Shown: piece after piece, positions 1 to 8,582 of the stretch
Position numbering within the stretch: the first letter of the stretch is position 1
Layout: every line of letters starts with the position of its first letter
NCBI GenBank assembly: GCA_025839675.1
Contig: CP104013.1
Location: 2,280,001 to 2,312,000, forward strand
DNA: 32,000 nucleotides
Reading direction: 5' to 3'
From: Candidatus Lokiarchaeum ossiferum
GTDB taxonomy: Archaea; Asgardarchaeota; Lokiarchaeia; Sigyniarchaeales; Promethearchaeaceae
The notes under the pieces: generated by a model
Told to the model about the DNA's origin: nothing
Database searches by the model: none
What the model saw: the letters and a program-made list of their open reading frames with translations, nothing else
Translations under genes and position numbers: made by a program

Positions 1-332
1 GTGGGACAAGATTGAAACGAATAATAACAAACAGGACAGTGTTTCAGATAACCCAATAATTGAGTTTGCGGGTGAGTAATCTCCAATTCAGCCTTTTTAC
101 AAACAGGACACTTTTCCGAAGGAAAAGGATAATCAACAGGATACTTCATCGCTTTACGGTATGGATTATTTAAGTTAATGGCTTCTAAAGTGAAGGCTGA
201 TAGGGCATCTGGTAAGGACCTATACTCCCCTTGATCAACCAAAGATTGCATATATTCAATTGTTTGATCTGGTAAAGAAAATTTAAGTTCAGTCCCATCT
301 TTAGGAAAGGAAATGTTAACTATTTTTGGCAA
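1..332 (-). CDS. Partial CDS whose 3' end runs off the window: ribbon-helix-helix-like N-terminus plus C-terminal CPVC...CPVC zinc ribbon
   Basis: Not in the supplied ORF track. Manual minus-strand translation from TTG (332..330) gives (M/L)PKIVNISFPKDGTELKFSLPDQTIEYMQSLVDQGEYRSLPDALSAFTLEAINLNNPYRKAMKYPVDYPFPSEKCPVCKKAELEITHPQTQLLGYLKHCPVCYYSFQSCP, open to position 1. FSLPDQ..YMQSLV..GEYRSLPDALSAFTLEAI fits the CopG/Arc RHH pattern. An in-frame TGA just upstream leaves only TTG/CTG starts or the internal ATG (MQSLV). Confidence 0.4.
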   Translation of the reverse strand, partial: MPKIVNISFPKDGTELKFSLPDQTIEYMQSLVDQGEYRSLPDALSAFTLEAINLNNPYRKAMKYPVDYPFPSEKCPVCKKAELEITHPQTQLLGYLKHCPVCYYSFQSCP

Positions 333-440
333 ATTATTGATCCCCAGAATTCATCGATATCTTTCATCGAGATGATATTATGGGTAATACCCAACAGACT
401 AAAAATGGTCATTTTAAGAAATATTCTAAAACTATTGAAT

Positions 441-449
441 AAAAAAAAA
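441..449 (-). terminator. Oligo-T tract (T9 on minus strand) 15 nt past the stop of the 464..1996 gene
   Basis: A9 on the plus strand at 441-449. Archaeal RNA polymerase terminates at oligo-T tracts. Confidence 0.45.
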
Positions 450-463
450 CTGTATTTGACTTA

Positions 464-1996
464 TTATTTTTTTGAAATGCGCACGGAATCAGCTTTCAAT
501 TGAAGATTTGTAAATTCAACATCATAAGTGCTTCCATCTGAAGAAGTTAAAGTAATCGTTGCATTTTTGAAATGGAGAGGGGTTTTTTTTTGTAGGAGAA
601 GATCTTGGATCATTTGTATATCCAATGTATCAATATTTTCAACATTATTTTTTTCAGAACCCGTGTAATTTGAATCTAATTCAACCAATGGTTTTAAACC
701 AGGAAGTTCATTAATGGACTTGGTCTGAATTTCGGTTAAAATAGGAGATAAATCTACTTGTTCTAATTCAGCTTTGAGAACATCCAAAAGTGTAGAGTTC
801 ATCCAAACAATCTTCGATAGAAGCAAATCAGGAGATTGGCTGAGACGAGTCTGTAATTCTACTTGTGATAAGACTTGAAATTGTGGATATTGATGACCTT
901 CGGCATATTGTTCTTTCAATTTAGGATAAGAGAGCTTTTGGAAAATTTTGTTAATATAAGACGAATTGAGAACCCCCAACCCATGATGTTCTGGAATAGG
1001 GAAGATTATTACATCCGAATTAATACTCCCCGGTAATGGATATTCAAGACCAAACAATTCTACTCGCAGTATGGATTGAAAAGATAATTGGGCAAAATAA
1101 GAATTAATCCCTCTAAATTCACCAGTAACCGAATTAAGCAATTCTCCTAATGGATGAAATATGATTCCGTACTTGGTAAGCAAATCTTTAGGAAAATGTG
1201 TGGGTGAAAAATCAGAATAAAAGAGATAGCCGGCAGGATCACAAGTCCAAGGAGTAAGAATTATGGCTGCATAGGGTGCAATAGATTGATCAAATGTGAA
1301 TGCAAGAAAGTGAGAGCCTTTATCAGTACTTGGAGAATAGGGTATAACTTTTTGGGTAGCACTCTTTCGTTTTTCCACTATAACGGATTCTGCCTCTTGT
1401 CTCGTTTTTTGTACAGAAAATGACCCAACTTTTAATACAATATCAATGTGATCTATCTCTGAGAATTTGGATTTCATTGAAATTATTAAATGTTGAAAAA
1501 GGTGAGTTAATTTGGACGAGAGAGAGTCCATAGATAATTGACTATGAAGACGAAGAGTGGGAAGATAATTGTAAGATTGAAATTCCACTCCTTCAATTTG
1601 ATTTAAAATTGAAATTACATGCCGATATAGCCACCCTTCTTGAAAAGAGCTGAATCGGGTGGAACTAATCTTGCATTGGAATCCAAATTCAATACTTTTT
1701 TTTTTGGATTGTAGGATAGAAATTTGTTCTTGATCCGTTAGGGATGGATCAAGAGTGATACTAATATTATCTTCTGGGATTGAATCTTTAGGAGTAATTT
1801 CAAGGAAAGAATAGCTAAGGTGGGTACTAATGTATGCATCTGGTGATTCATCTTTGGATTTTGGCCCATTTAGCAGAAATGAATCTATTTTGTAAATATC
1901 ACTTCTTACACCCCCCAGTTCAACCCAAAGGTCTTTGGATTCTATTTTTTGAGCAGAATATTGATGGCCACTTCTGACTGAAGTATGATTTAGCAT
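464..1996 (-). CDS. Hypothetical protein (about 510 aa), no recognisable motif
   Basis: Long uninterrupted ORF (track 464..2134). Start trimmed to ATG at 1996 (MLNHTSVRSG...) because the upstream 46 codons are antisense to the family-conserved N-terminus of the divergent hydrolase-like gene and read like AT-rich noise. Confidence 0.6.
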   Translation of the reverse strand: MLNHTSVRSGHQYSAQKIESKDLWVELGGVRSDIYKIDSFLLNGPKSKDESPDAYISTHLSYSFLEITPKDSIPEDNISITLDPSLTDQEQISILQSKKKSIEFGFQCKISSTRFSSFQEGWLYRHVISILNQIEGVEFQSYNYLPTLRLHSQLSMDSLSSKLTHLFQHLIISMKSKFSEIDHIDIVLKVGSFSVQKTRQEAESVIVEKRKSATQKVIPYSPSTDKGSHFLAFTFDQSIAPYAAIILTPWTCDPAGYLFYSDFSPTHFPKDLLTKYGIIFHPLGELLNSVTGEFRGINSYFAQLSFQSILRVELFGLEYPLPGSINSDVIIFPIPEHHGLGVLNSSYINKIFQKLSYPKLKEQYAEGHQYPQFQVLSQVELQTRLSQSPDLLLSKIVWMNSTLLDVLKAELEQVDLSPILTEIQTKSINELPGLKPLVELDSNYTGSEKNNVENIDTLDIQMIQDLLLQKKTPLHFKNATITLTSSDGSTYDVEFTNLQLKADSVRISKK

Positions 1997-2030
1997 CGTT
2001 CTTATATTGGAAAATGTATAATCATTATTT

Positions 2031-2861
2031 ATGTTTCGGAAAAATACAACGAAAGGCTTTGGAGTTGGCCATCGACTAGATATTATCCATTCAATATATA
2101 GGACGATCGGAGATCTTAAAATGTTACGCCACATTGGATTGAGAGATATGATAACATCAATGGTTCTCCCCTTAAATCCATCTAGTGCGAAATCTTATCG
2201 AGATTTTTTTGAATGGAATATTCAAGATGTGAAACGATGTGCTAAATTCAATATTAATTTACACGTTGTCATTGGAATTCCAGCTGTTGCGAAAATTAAT
2301 CCAAAAGTCTTAGATGAGGCTTTGATGTTTATGGAAGACTATATTCGAGAGAAGAAGGTAGTTGGAATTGGTGAAATTGGAATGGGAAAAGGAACAAAGG
2401 ATGAATATACAACGATGAAACGTCAGTTGGCACTTGCGAGCAAATATAACTTACCAGTGATTATTGCAGCGCCAAAACGAGATAAGGTCGCGAATACATC
2501 CATAATTTTAAAAGAACTGAAAAAAGCGAATATTTCAAGGGCTATAATTGATCATTGTGATGAGGAAACTTTGCAACTCGTTTTACGGTCGCATGATGAT
2601 GATATTAAAGCAGGAATTACAGTAGGACAACAAGCTGTAGCACCTGAAAAAGCACTACGAATATATAAGAACTATTCATACGCTGATCGAATCATCTTCG
2701 ACAGCGGGTTGGGATTACAAGAAAGTTCCTTATTCGGATTAAGTAATACTTTTGAATTATTCGAAGAAGAAATGAACGAAGATGTCCTCCGAAAAATGTT
2801 TTATAGTAATTTTGTTGATGTATTTCCAACGATCTCATCAGAAATTAAATTAACATTATAA
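2031..2861 (+). CDS. TatD-related / COG1099-like TIM-barrel metal-dependent hydrolase homologue, possibly catalytically degenerate
   Basis: VVGIGEIGMG, LPVIIAAPKRDK, IIDHCDEET and FDSGLG follow the order of TatD/COG1099 motifs as I remember them. N-terminal RTIGDLKMLRHIGLRDMITS aligns with the family N-terminus, supporting the 2031 start. The expected D-x-H-x-H reads LDIIHSI and the expected H-T-P reads AAP. Confidence 0.6.
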   Translation: MFRKNTTKGFGVGHRLDIIHSIYRTIGDLKMLRHIGLRDMITSMVLPLNPSSAKSYRDFFEWNIQDVKRCAKFNINLHVVIGIPAVAKINPKVLDEALMFMEDYIREKKVVGIGEIGMGKGTKDEYTTMKRQLALASKYNLPVIIAAPKRDKVANTSIILKELKKANISRAIIDHCDEETLQLVLRSHDDDIKAGITVGQQAVAPEKALRIYKNYSYADRIIFDSGLGLQESSLFGLSNTFELFEEEMNEDVLRKMFYSNFVDVFPTISSEIKLTL

Positions 2862-2862
2862 T

Positions 2863-3528
2863 TTACAACTGCAGCTTCAAAAGAGAAAGAACCGCTGCAA
2901 AAACGGAGAGATTGGCTTTTTGAGGGGTATTTCCACCTCCAATGAGTACCAAATCATTTTTTTTTATGCCTTTAATATTTAGTCCTTGAATATTGGGAGA
3001 AAAATGATCTTTTCCAGGAAATATAAGTTTTTTACCGTCAAAAGTTAAACATGTGGCACCAGTGCCACCAATCTTAATAGCTTCATCTCTTTGTTGAATT
3101 CCTATAGAATAGTCTTCTTTTAAATAGGCACATTTAATAATTGTATAACTTGCACACTTCCCAACAACATAATTATTATCACGATTTTCAAGTGGTTCGG
3201 GAAAATGAAACATTGAATTTAGTCGATTAGAAAGAATGCGACCAGAATCAGTCAAAACATGCCCTTTTTGGCGTTGAACTTCAACCTTAATGACCGTTTC
3301 ATCCCTTAATCGATTAAGCAGAGTTTTCATTGCCCCTTCACCCAACCCTACTTCATCTTTTATACGATAACGCCCAATACCCTTTTCTTGATTTCCCAGA
3401 AACATGATTGTATATATTATATGTGAGGTTTTGTATGATGGAGCAATCGTTTTACTTTCATACAGTTTTTTTATCACTTTGGTTAAATTAATTTCATTTT
3501 CCTCTGCCATTATAGCAATATAAATCAT
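2863..3528 (-). CDS. Putative winged-helix DNA-binding protein with Gly-rich C-terminal domain (archaeal uncharacterised regulator family)
   Basis: N-terminal IIYTIMFLGNQEKGIGRYRIKDEVGLGEGAMKTLLNRLRDETVIKV looks like a wHTH. C-terminal IKIGGTGATCLTFDG...LVLIGGGN is a separate Gly-rich domain. Alternative start at ATG 3510 (MAEENE). Confidence 0.5.
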   Translation of the reverse strand: MIYIAIMAEENEINLTKVIKKLYESKTIAPSYKTSHIIYTIMFLGNQEKGIGRYRIKDEVGLGEGAMKTLLNRLRDETVIKVEVQRQKGHVLTDSGRILSNRLNSMFHFPEPLENRDNNYVVGKCASYTIIKCAYLKEDYSIGIQQRDEAIKIGGTGATCLTFDGKKLIFPGKDHFSPNIQGLNIKGIKKNDLVLIGGGNTPQKANLSVFAAVLSLLKLQL

Positions 3529-3622
3529 TTATCAATAAAACATTGTTTATTTAAGGGAATTGATGATATATATAGATTAGAGAAAATAATTACGTTTTTG
3601 TCGAGCTTAAGAGAGGGAAAAT

Positions 3623-4873
3623 ATGGACAATTTTGGAGATTTATCCATTGCAGCGTATATCGCAAAATATATGTTGAGTCACAAACGATTGAGTTTGGAA
3701 ATTTTGAAGGACGAATTTAAACTTGATGATCAACAAGTTAGACAAGCAATAATCCGGTTATATTATCAAGGAAAAATCTTCGGGTTTCTAAAAGCGAGTG
3801 AAACCGGCTCAATTTTTCTGAACTTTAGTAGTTCTGATAATGAAATAAATCTTCAAGATTGTTCAATTCAAGAAATTATGGATTGGGATGTTTCCAAATT
3901 TAACTTAGACGAATTACGGAAAAGTGCTGAATCCGCTCTGGAAAATGATAATGATTTTCAAGATACTGATAGTAATCCCGCCTATTCACGAGTTAAAGAA
4001 ACAAATCAAAAAGATTTGATTTCAGTGGAAATGTATTTTGATATTGCTTGTGAAAAAGTAGCACTTCACGTCCATATTAACAATATTTCCCCTGAATTAA
4101 TAGAAGCAGTTATATTACGTATCAATTTCGAGAATTATTTTCATATCTCCGGAATTCAACCAGATATTCCATTAAAAATTGAAGAAAATTATTGTGAAGT
4201 GGAATTAGGGACAATTAAAAAAGCACTTCAAAAAAAAATCATTATCTTTTTTGATTTTGGTAAGAGGATGAATGAATTGAGTGTTAATGGTTATATGCGT
4301 TATAAGAATTTTGAAGGATATGCTCGATTTATTCGCCTGGAGAACATCAATGTAGATCAAACATTACCAGTTTTCACTCCCGAGAAATGTGATCCAAAAA
4401 TGGTAAAGACATTTATGAAATCCAAACATGTGAATCGACGAATTCAATCGTTTGGAATCACCAATTTTGCTGATACTAATCTTGCTTTCCAAAATATGAT
4501 CGAGGTGTCTAAAGAAATGGGATTCGAGCTCATTTCAAAAGTGGAGAAGGACCAGTCTCAAATGGTATTTTTCTTTGCTAAATTTCACAATCCATCCCAA
4601 GAAGCATATAGAATTTTGTTAGTTCCGCAGTGTAAAAATAATGTCTTGGCATTCTATTGTTGTGCCATATATGAAACCATTGTTGCCAATTTAATTCGAA
4701 AATTATGTTTTAATTTGGTCGGCAAATTGCGCTCTAAACGTTTAATCACGGATCAGGACCAACTCATCGACATGAATTGTATACGCTGTAAAAAAATGAT
4801 GAATATTTTTCCTCCAAAGGGAGATGTTATTGCTTGTAGTTCATGTCAATTATTACAAACTCCTTGGAAATGA
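3623..4873 (+). CDS. Hypothetical multi-domain protein: N-terminal winged-helix-like region, central beta-rich region, C-terminal CxxC...CxxC zinc ribbon
   Basis: 416-codon ORF. The ATG is preceded by GAGAGGGA (3609-3616). C-terminus is CIRCKKMMNIFPPKGDVIACSSCQ (two CxxC pairs). No catalytic motif recognised. Confidence 0.6.
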   Translation: MDNFGDLSIAAYIAKYMLSHKRLSLEILKDEFKLDDQQVRQAIIRLYYQGKIFGFLKASETGSIFLNFSSSDNEINLQDCSIQEIMDWDVSKFNLDELRKSAESALENDNDFQDTDSNPAYSRVKETNQKDLISVEMYFDIACEKVALHVHINNISPELIEAVILRINFENYFHISGIQPDIPLKIEENYCEVELGTIKKALQKKIIIFFDFGKRMNELSVNGYMRYKNFEGYARFIRLENINVDQTLPVFTPEKCDPKMVKTFMKSKHVNRRIQSFGITNFADTNLAFQNMIEVSKEMGFELISKVEKDQSQMVFFFAKFHNPSQEAYRILLVPQCKNNVLAFYCCAIYETIVANLIRKLCFNLVGKLRSKRLITDQDQLIDMNCIRCKKMMNIFPPKGDVIACSSCQLLQTPWK

Positions 4874-4981
4874 TGAAAATGATCATATTTCAAAAAACGG
4901 TTGGAAGGATTTTTATTACAGATCCAACTAACTAATGTATATTATTTTTACTATTGATACAAGGTAAAGGATAAGTTTCAA

Positions 4982-5251
4982 ATGACTCCACCCGTAGCAG
5001 CACATGATCCAATTTCCACTTTGGGAAAATCGCTTGGAAAAACAATTTTAATTAAGTGTAAACGCCAAAAGGTATTCAAAGGACAATTAAAATCCTATGA
5101 TTCCCATCTCAACGTTCTTCTTGAAAAAGTTCACTATACATATAACGTTAGATTAGATGATGAAGAAAAAACTTTAGAGGAAAAAAGTGAAGATTTAGAC
5201 CGGATTATCCTTCGGGGAGACTCCATTGTTTTTATCGGCTTATCTGCTTAA
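4982..5251 (+). CDS. Sm-like (LSm/SmAP) RNA-binding protein
   Basis: Sm1 motif KVFKGQLKSYDSHLNVLLEKV and Sm2 motif RIILRGDSIVFI, at a typical small size (89 aa). Confidence 0.9.
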   Translation: MTPPVAAHDPISTLGKSLGKTILIKCKRQKVFKGQLKSYDSHLNVLLEKVHYTYNVRLDDEEKTLEEKSEDLDRIILRGDSIVFIGLSA

Positions 5252-5268
5252 AACACTAAACTTAAGCC

Positions 5269-5286
5269 TTTTTTTGATGTATTTTT
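5269..5286 (+). terminator. Oligo-T tracts (T7 then T5) downstream of the Sm gene
   Basis: ccTTTTTTTgatgtaTTTTTa begins 18 nt after the stop codon. Confidence 0.5.
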
Positions 5287-5305
5287 ACACCTTATGAAGA
5301 AAAGG

Positions 5306-5311
5306 AAAAAA
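5306..5311 (-). terminator. Oligo-T tract (T6 on minus strand) just past the TFB stop
   Basis: A6 on the plus strand, 7 nt from the TFB stop codon (5318-5320). Confidence 0.35.
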
Positions 5312-5317
5312 CAACTG

Positions 5318-6682
5318 TTATTTTACTTTTCGTATGAATTTTTGCATTTCACGCAACCGGTTGCGTAAAGTAACTTCAGTTATTCCCACTGTGCGCGAAA
5401 TCTTTGTTTGGCTGACTTTAATTTTATTGTGTTGAGCAGCGACGTATAATGCGGCTGCCACTAACCCCTTTGGATCTTTCCCACTTAATGAATAGACTTT
5501 TTCATATTTGATCAAAATTTTTTGGGCAAGTACTTCCACTTGATGATTCAATTCTAATTCAGCGATGTATTTGCTAACCAATAAACCCGGTTTAATTGTT
5601 GGACTCTGTAAATTAAGTTCTTTGATTAAAGATTGATAACACTTTGTAATTTGATGGAAAGTCGAATCACTGCAATTCACAATATTTTGCAAAGTGCGAG
5701 GGACTTGTTCAGCTCCACAAGCGTAATAAATCGATGCAGCAACCATGGCACGAATACTTCGCCCTTTTAGCAATCCAAGTTGAAAAGCTTTCCGATAAAG
5801 TTGAATAGCATATACCTTCACATGATTTGGTAAATTTAATAACTCTCCAATTCGTTTGATTTCACTGGTTGCTTGTATCATATTTCTTTGTTTCCAAGAA
5901 TAACGACTATCCCACTTAACCGCTTTTCGGAGTACTTCCGGCATCGGAGCTTTTTTGTCAATCATTGTCGCCATTTGTAGATCAGGAATCAAAGGATTCA
6001 CGGGCGAACCATGTGTTTGACGTTTATCTTGTTCAGATTTGGAAAACGCACGAGAACCACTATAGGCCATGGAAATAATTCTCTCTTGAACAATTAGTCC
6101 ACACTTCGAACATAAGCGTTCACTTCGTTCTTGATCAAAAATTATTTCGTGGAGAGTTCCATCAACACAATAATCTTCAGCATTATTAACCAAAGTACCA
6201 GCTTCATTTAATATGATATCATCTGGTCGAGTTGTTATAGGTACGGTAATTCGAATGATAGTAGATTTTATATAATTTTGTTCTTCAAAAGGAAAGGGAT
6301 GTTCAATATTATTTCGCAAAACGTAGAATGATATTCCTGAATGCTCCACCCAAAAATATTGGGAACCATCAGCAGTCAACCAATTTTCTCGCCCATAGAT
6401 TTTAAAAACATCATCCATGGTGCTTCTATTTAATATTATTCCATCTTCTGTTTTTCCTTGAAAAGGATGAACAAAACCAAGAGTTATTATTGGAGGATCA
6501 TCAACTTCGGCATTTTCTTGATAGTAGAAACATTTCCCTAAAGAAGTATACTTCATTTGAGTGGAGTAATTTTTGTGAAGGATTAATTCATCGGGTTCTC
6601 CATATCTTTGTATTACTATGTTTTTGGTGAGTTTACTTTCACGAAATTCACCTAAGCCGTATGCTGGAAAGATTGTTTTCAT
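5318..6682 (-). CDS. tfb: Transcription initiation factor B (TFB/TFIIB) paralogue with a roughly 165-aa N-terminal extension
   Basis: C-terminal two cyclin-fold repeats (AIQLYRKAF...GRSIRAMVAASIYYACG; GKDPKGLVAAALYVAAQ...VGITEVTLRNRLREM). Ribbon/B-reader region LCSKCGLIVQERIISMAYSGSRAFS. At 454 aa it is longer than the usual roughly 300-330. Confidence 0.9.
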   Translation of the reverse strand: MKTIFPAYGLGEFRESKLTKNIVIQRYGEPDELILHKNYSTQMKYTSLGKCFYYQENAEVDDPPIITLGFVHPFQGKTEDGIILNRSTMDDVFKIYGRENWLTADGSQYFWVEHSGISFYVLRNNIEHPFPFEEQNYIKSTIIRITVPITTRPDDIILNEAGTLVNNAEDYCVDGTLHEIIFDQERSERLCSKCGLIVQERIISMAYSGSRAFSKSEQDKRQTHGSPVNPLIPDLQMATMIDKKAPMPEVLRKAVKWDSRYSWKQRNMIQATSEIKRIGELLNLPNHVKVYAIQLYRKAFQLGLLKGRSIRAMVAASIYYACGAEQVPRTLQNIVNCSDSTFHQITKCYQSLIKELNLQSPTIKPGLLVSKYIAELELNHQVEVLAQKILIKYEKVYSLSGKDPKGLVAAALYVAAQHNKIKVSQTKISRTVGITEVTLRNRLREMQKFIRKVK

Positions 6683-6858
6683 ATTTGATTATTCCTAGTT
6701 TGAAGTTTTACAAGTTCAAGAAATGCTTTATCCTTTATCTATTTAAAAGAAATTGAAATCATAAGAACTGATTTAGCTTTCGATAAACAAATTAGGCAAT
6801 ATTATTGTTTTTAAGGTTTTTTCTTATAAGGTTATTGTTTTGGAAAAAATAGATTCGA

Positions 6859-8223
6859 TTAAGTTTCTTGATTCTTTTTATCTGATCCATTTTCTTGGGG
6901 ATCTGCCCAAGTACCTTTTAAATAATCTCCAGCACGGTTTTGAGCGATTTTAAAGAATTCTGTATCACTAATTCCCGCCCGTATTTTTTCAACCAATACT
7001 TTTGTTTGGTGAAATAGCTCCCGTTTTTCTTCCTTGGAAGAATCTTCTTGCAGATTTTTGACATCTCTTAGGATTGCACTAATAATTTCCTTAGGAAGGT
7101 GGATATCACTCATTTTAAGCTTTGTTTCAAGCGCATTCACAATAGAACTGGAACCAGAAAATTTCCCAAGATAAATACGTCGTTGTTGACCAACCCATTT
7201 TGGATTAATTGGTTCGTAAGAAGCAGGATGGGCTAACATAGCATTGATATGTAACCCACTTTCATGACTAAAAGCATTGCTTCCTACTATGGCCTTATGA
7301 GCACTTAAAGGCAACACAAACTTTTCTTCGACTAATTTTGATAATTCAGTGAGTTTTTCAATTTTTATACCAGTATCTATCCCCATTCCCTCGAGATTCA
7401 TAACAACTTCTTCGAAAGCAGCATTTCCAGCCCGTTCACCATATCCATTCACACAAACATGAGGTAATGTGGCTCCATGATAAACAGCAGTTAAAGTGTT
7501 GGAAACGGCTTGTCCAAAATCATTGTGAGTGTGAATACCAAGTTCAGTTGTATCAAAGGGCCACCCTAAATCTTTTTTCAACCATTCAATTAAATATCTT
7601 GTAGTGTCGGGTTGTAAAATACCTACTGTATCTCCAATAATTATGGATTCTGCATTATTTAATAATGCTAACTGTCCTATTTTAAGTAAGTGATGAGGTT
7701 GGGCCCGTGTCCCATCTTCTGAAACCCAATTGAATTTCAACCCATGATCTCTAGCATAATCGAAAGCCTCTTGGATAAGATAAATTTGCTCCTTCTGGGT
7801 CAACTTGAAAATTTTTAGATGTAAATCACTGATGGGCATGAAAATAACAATTTCTTCTAAATCACACCGCATACATGCATCAATATCAGAATTTTTTGGA
7901 CGGGCAATTCCTAAAACGGTTGAAGTTGAAAACCCTTGAGCATTTATATTCTTTACAATATTTTCTTCGGATTTTGAAACTGCAGGAAAACCCACAGCCA
8001 TTTTGGCCGTCCCAATCTCATCTAATGCTTGCGCAATAGCTATTTTTTCATCCAGGGTTAGAAATACCCCTGGAGTTTGTTCCCCATCCCGTAAAGTCTC
8101 ATCCCAAATGGAAACTTTTTTTGGACAACTATCAGGAAGAGCTCCCGGTTGTTTATTATAATCGAAAAGAAGCTCATCGAGTTCTTCTTTTGAAAATTGA
8201 TATTTATTGCTTTTTAAAGTCAT
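6859..8223 (-). CDS. 2-isopropylmalate / homocitrate / citramalate synthase family enzyme (HMGL-like aldolase)
   Basis: IWDETLRDGEQTPGV, GIHTHNDFGQAVSNTL, NGYGERAGNAA and HESGLH are hallmark motifs of the LeuA/NifV/CimA family. Substrate specificity cannot be read from the sequence. Confidence 0.9.
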   Translation of the reverse strand: MTLKSNKYQFSKEELDELLFDYNKQPGALPDSCPKKVSIWDETLRDGEQTPGVFLTLDEKIAIAQALDEIGTAKMAVGFPAVSKSEENIVKNINAQGFSTSTVLGIARPKNSDIDACMRCDLEEIVIFMPISDLHLKIFKLTQKEQIYLIQEAFDYARDHGLKFNWVSEDGTRAQPHHLLKIGQLALLNNAESIIIGDTVGILQPDTTRYLIEWLKKDLGWPFDTTELGIHTHNDFGQAVSNTLTAVYHGATLPHVCVNGYGERAGNAAFEEVVMNLEGMGIDTGIKIEKLTELSKLVEEKFVLPLSAHKAIVGSNAFSHESGLHINAMLAHPASYEPINPKWVGQQRRIYLGKFSGSSSIVNALETKLKMSDIHLPKEIISAILRDVKNLQEDSSKEEKRELFHQTKVLVEKIRAGISDTEFFKIAQNRAGDYLKGTWADPQENGSDKKNQET

Positions 8224-8582
8224 GATCGGGATCGCTCAACATTCTAGTGGTGTTCAAATATATCTTTTCATCTCATTTCATTTATACCTTTTTTTCGATT
8301 TCACTCGAAAAGATGGAAAAGACATATTGAGATATCTATTATGGAAAAGAAATGTTAAATATTTGTGAGGAAAGAAAAATTCAAAATTTATCACTTGAAA
8401 ATTTTAAAAATCGTGATATGGGTGAAATTCAAGAAGCAAGAGTGAATTTGGATATGGTTCTTTAAATTTCAATCATATAAAGGGTCTCCTACAAATTGCT
8501 AAATTTCTTTTAAATTATCGAGGCTTCAAAACTTGAAGAATTAAAACAAAAAATTATTTGGAAATGTATCACATGATTATGT

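Noticed and set aside
3560-3570. TGATGA (C-box-like) in the 3529-3622 spacer, and ATGATGA at the 4870 stop region, checked as possible C/D-box sRNAs
   Set aside because: No matching D box (CTGA) or terminal stem at the appropriate distance.
8292-8311. Small hairpin TTTTCGA-tttcac-TCGAAAA upstream of the synthase gene
   Set aside because: A 7-bp A/T-rich stem is expected by chance in this composition. No second copy or obvious functional context.
8352-8465. 37-codon ORF (MLNICEERKIQNLSLENFKNRDMGEIQEARVNLDMVL) in the 359-bp spacer between the synthase and GPN GTPase genes
   Set aside because: Too short to support without conservation or expression data. The spacer more likely holds two divergent promoters.
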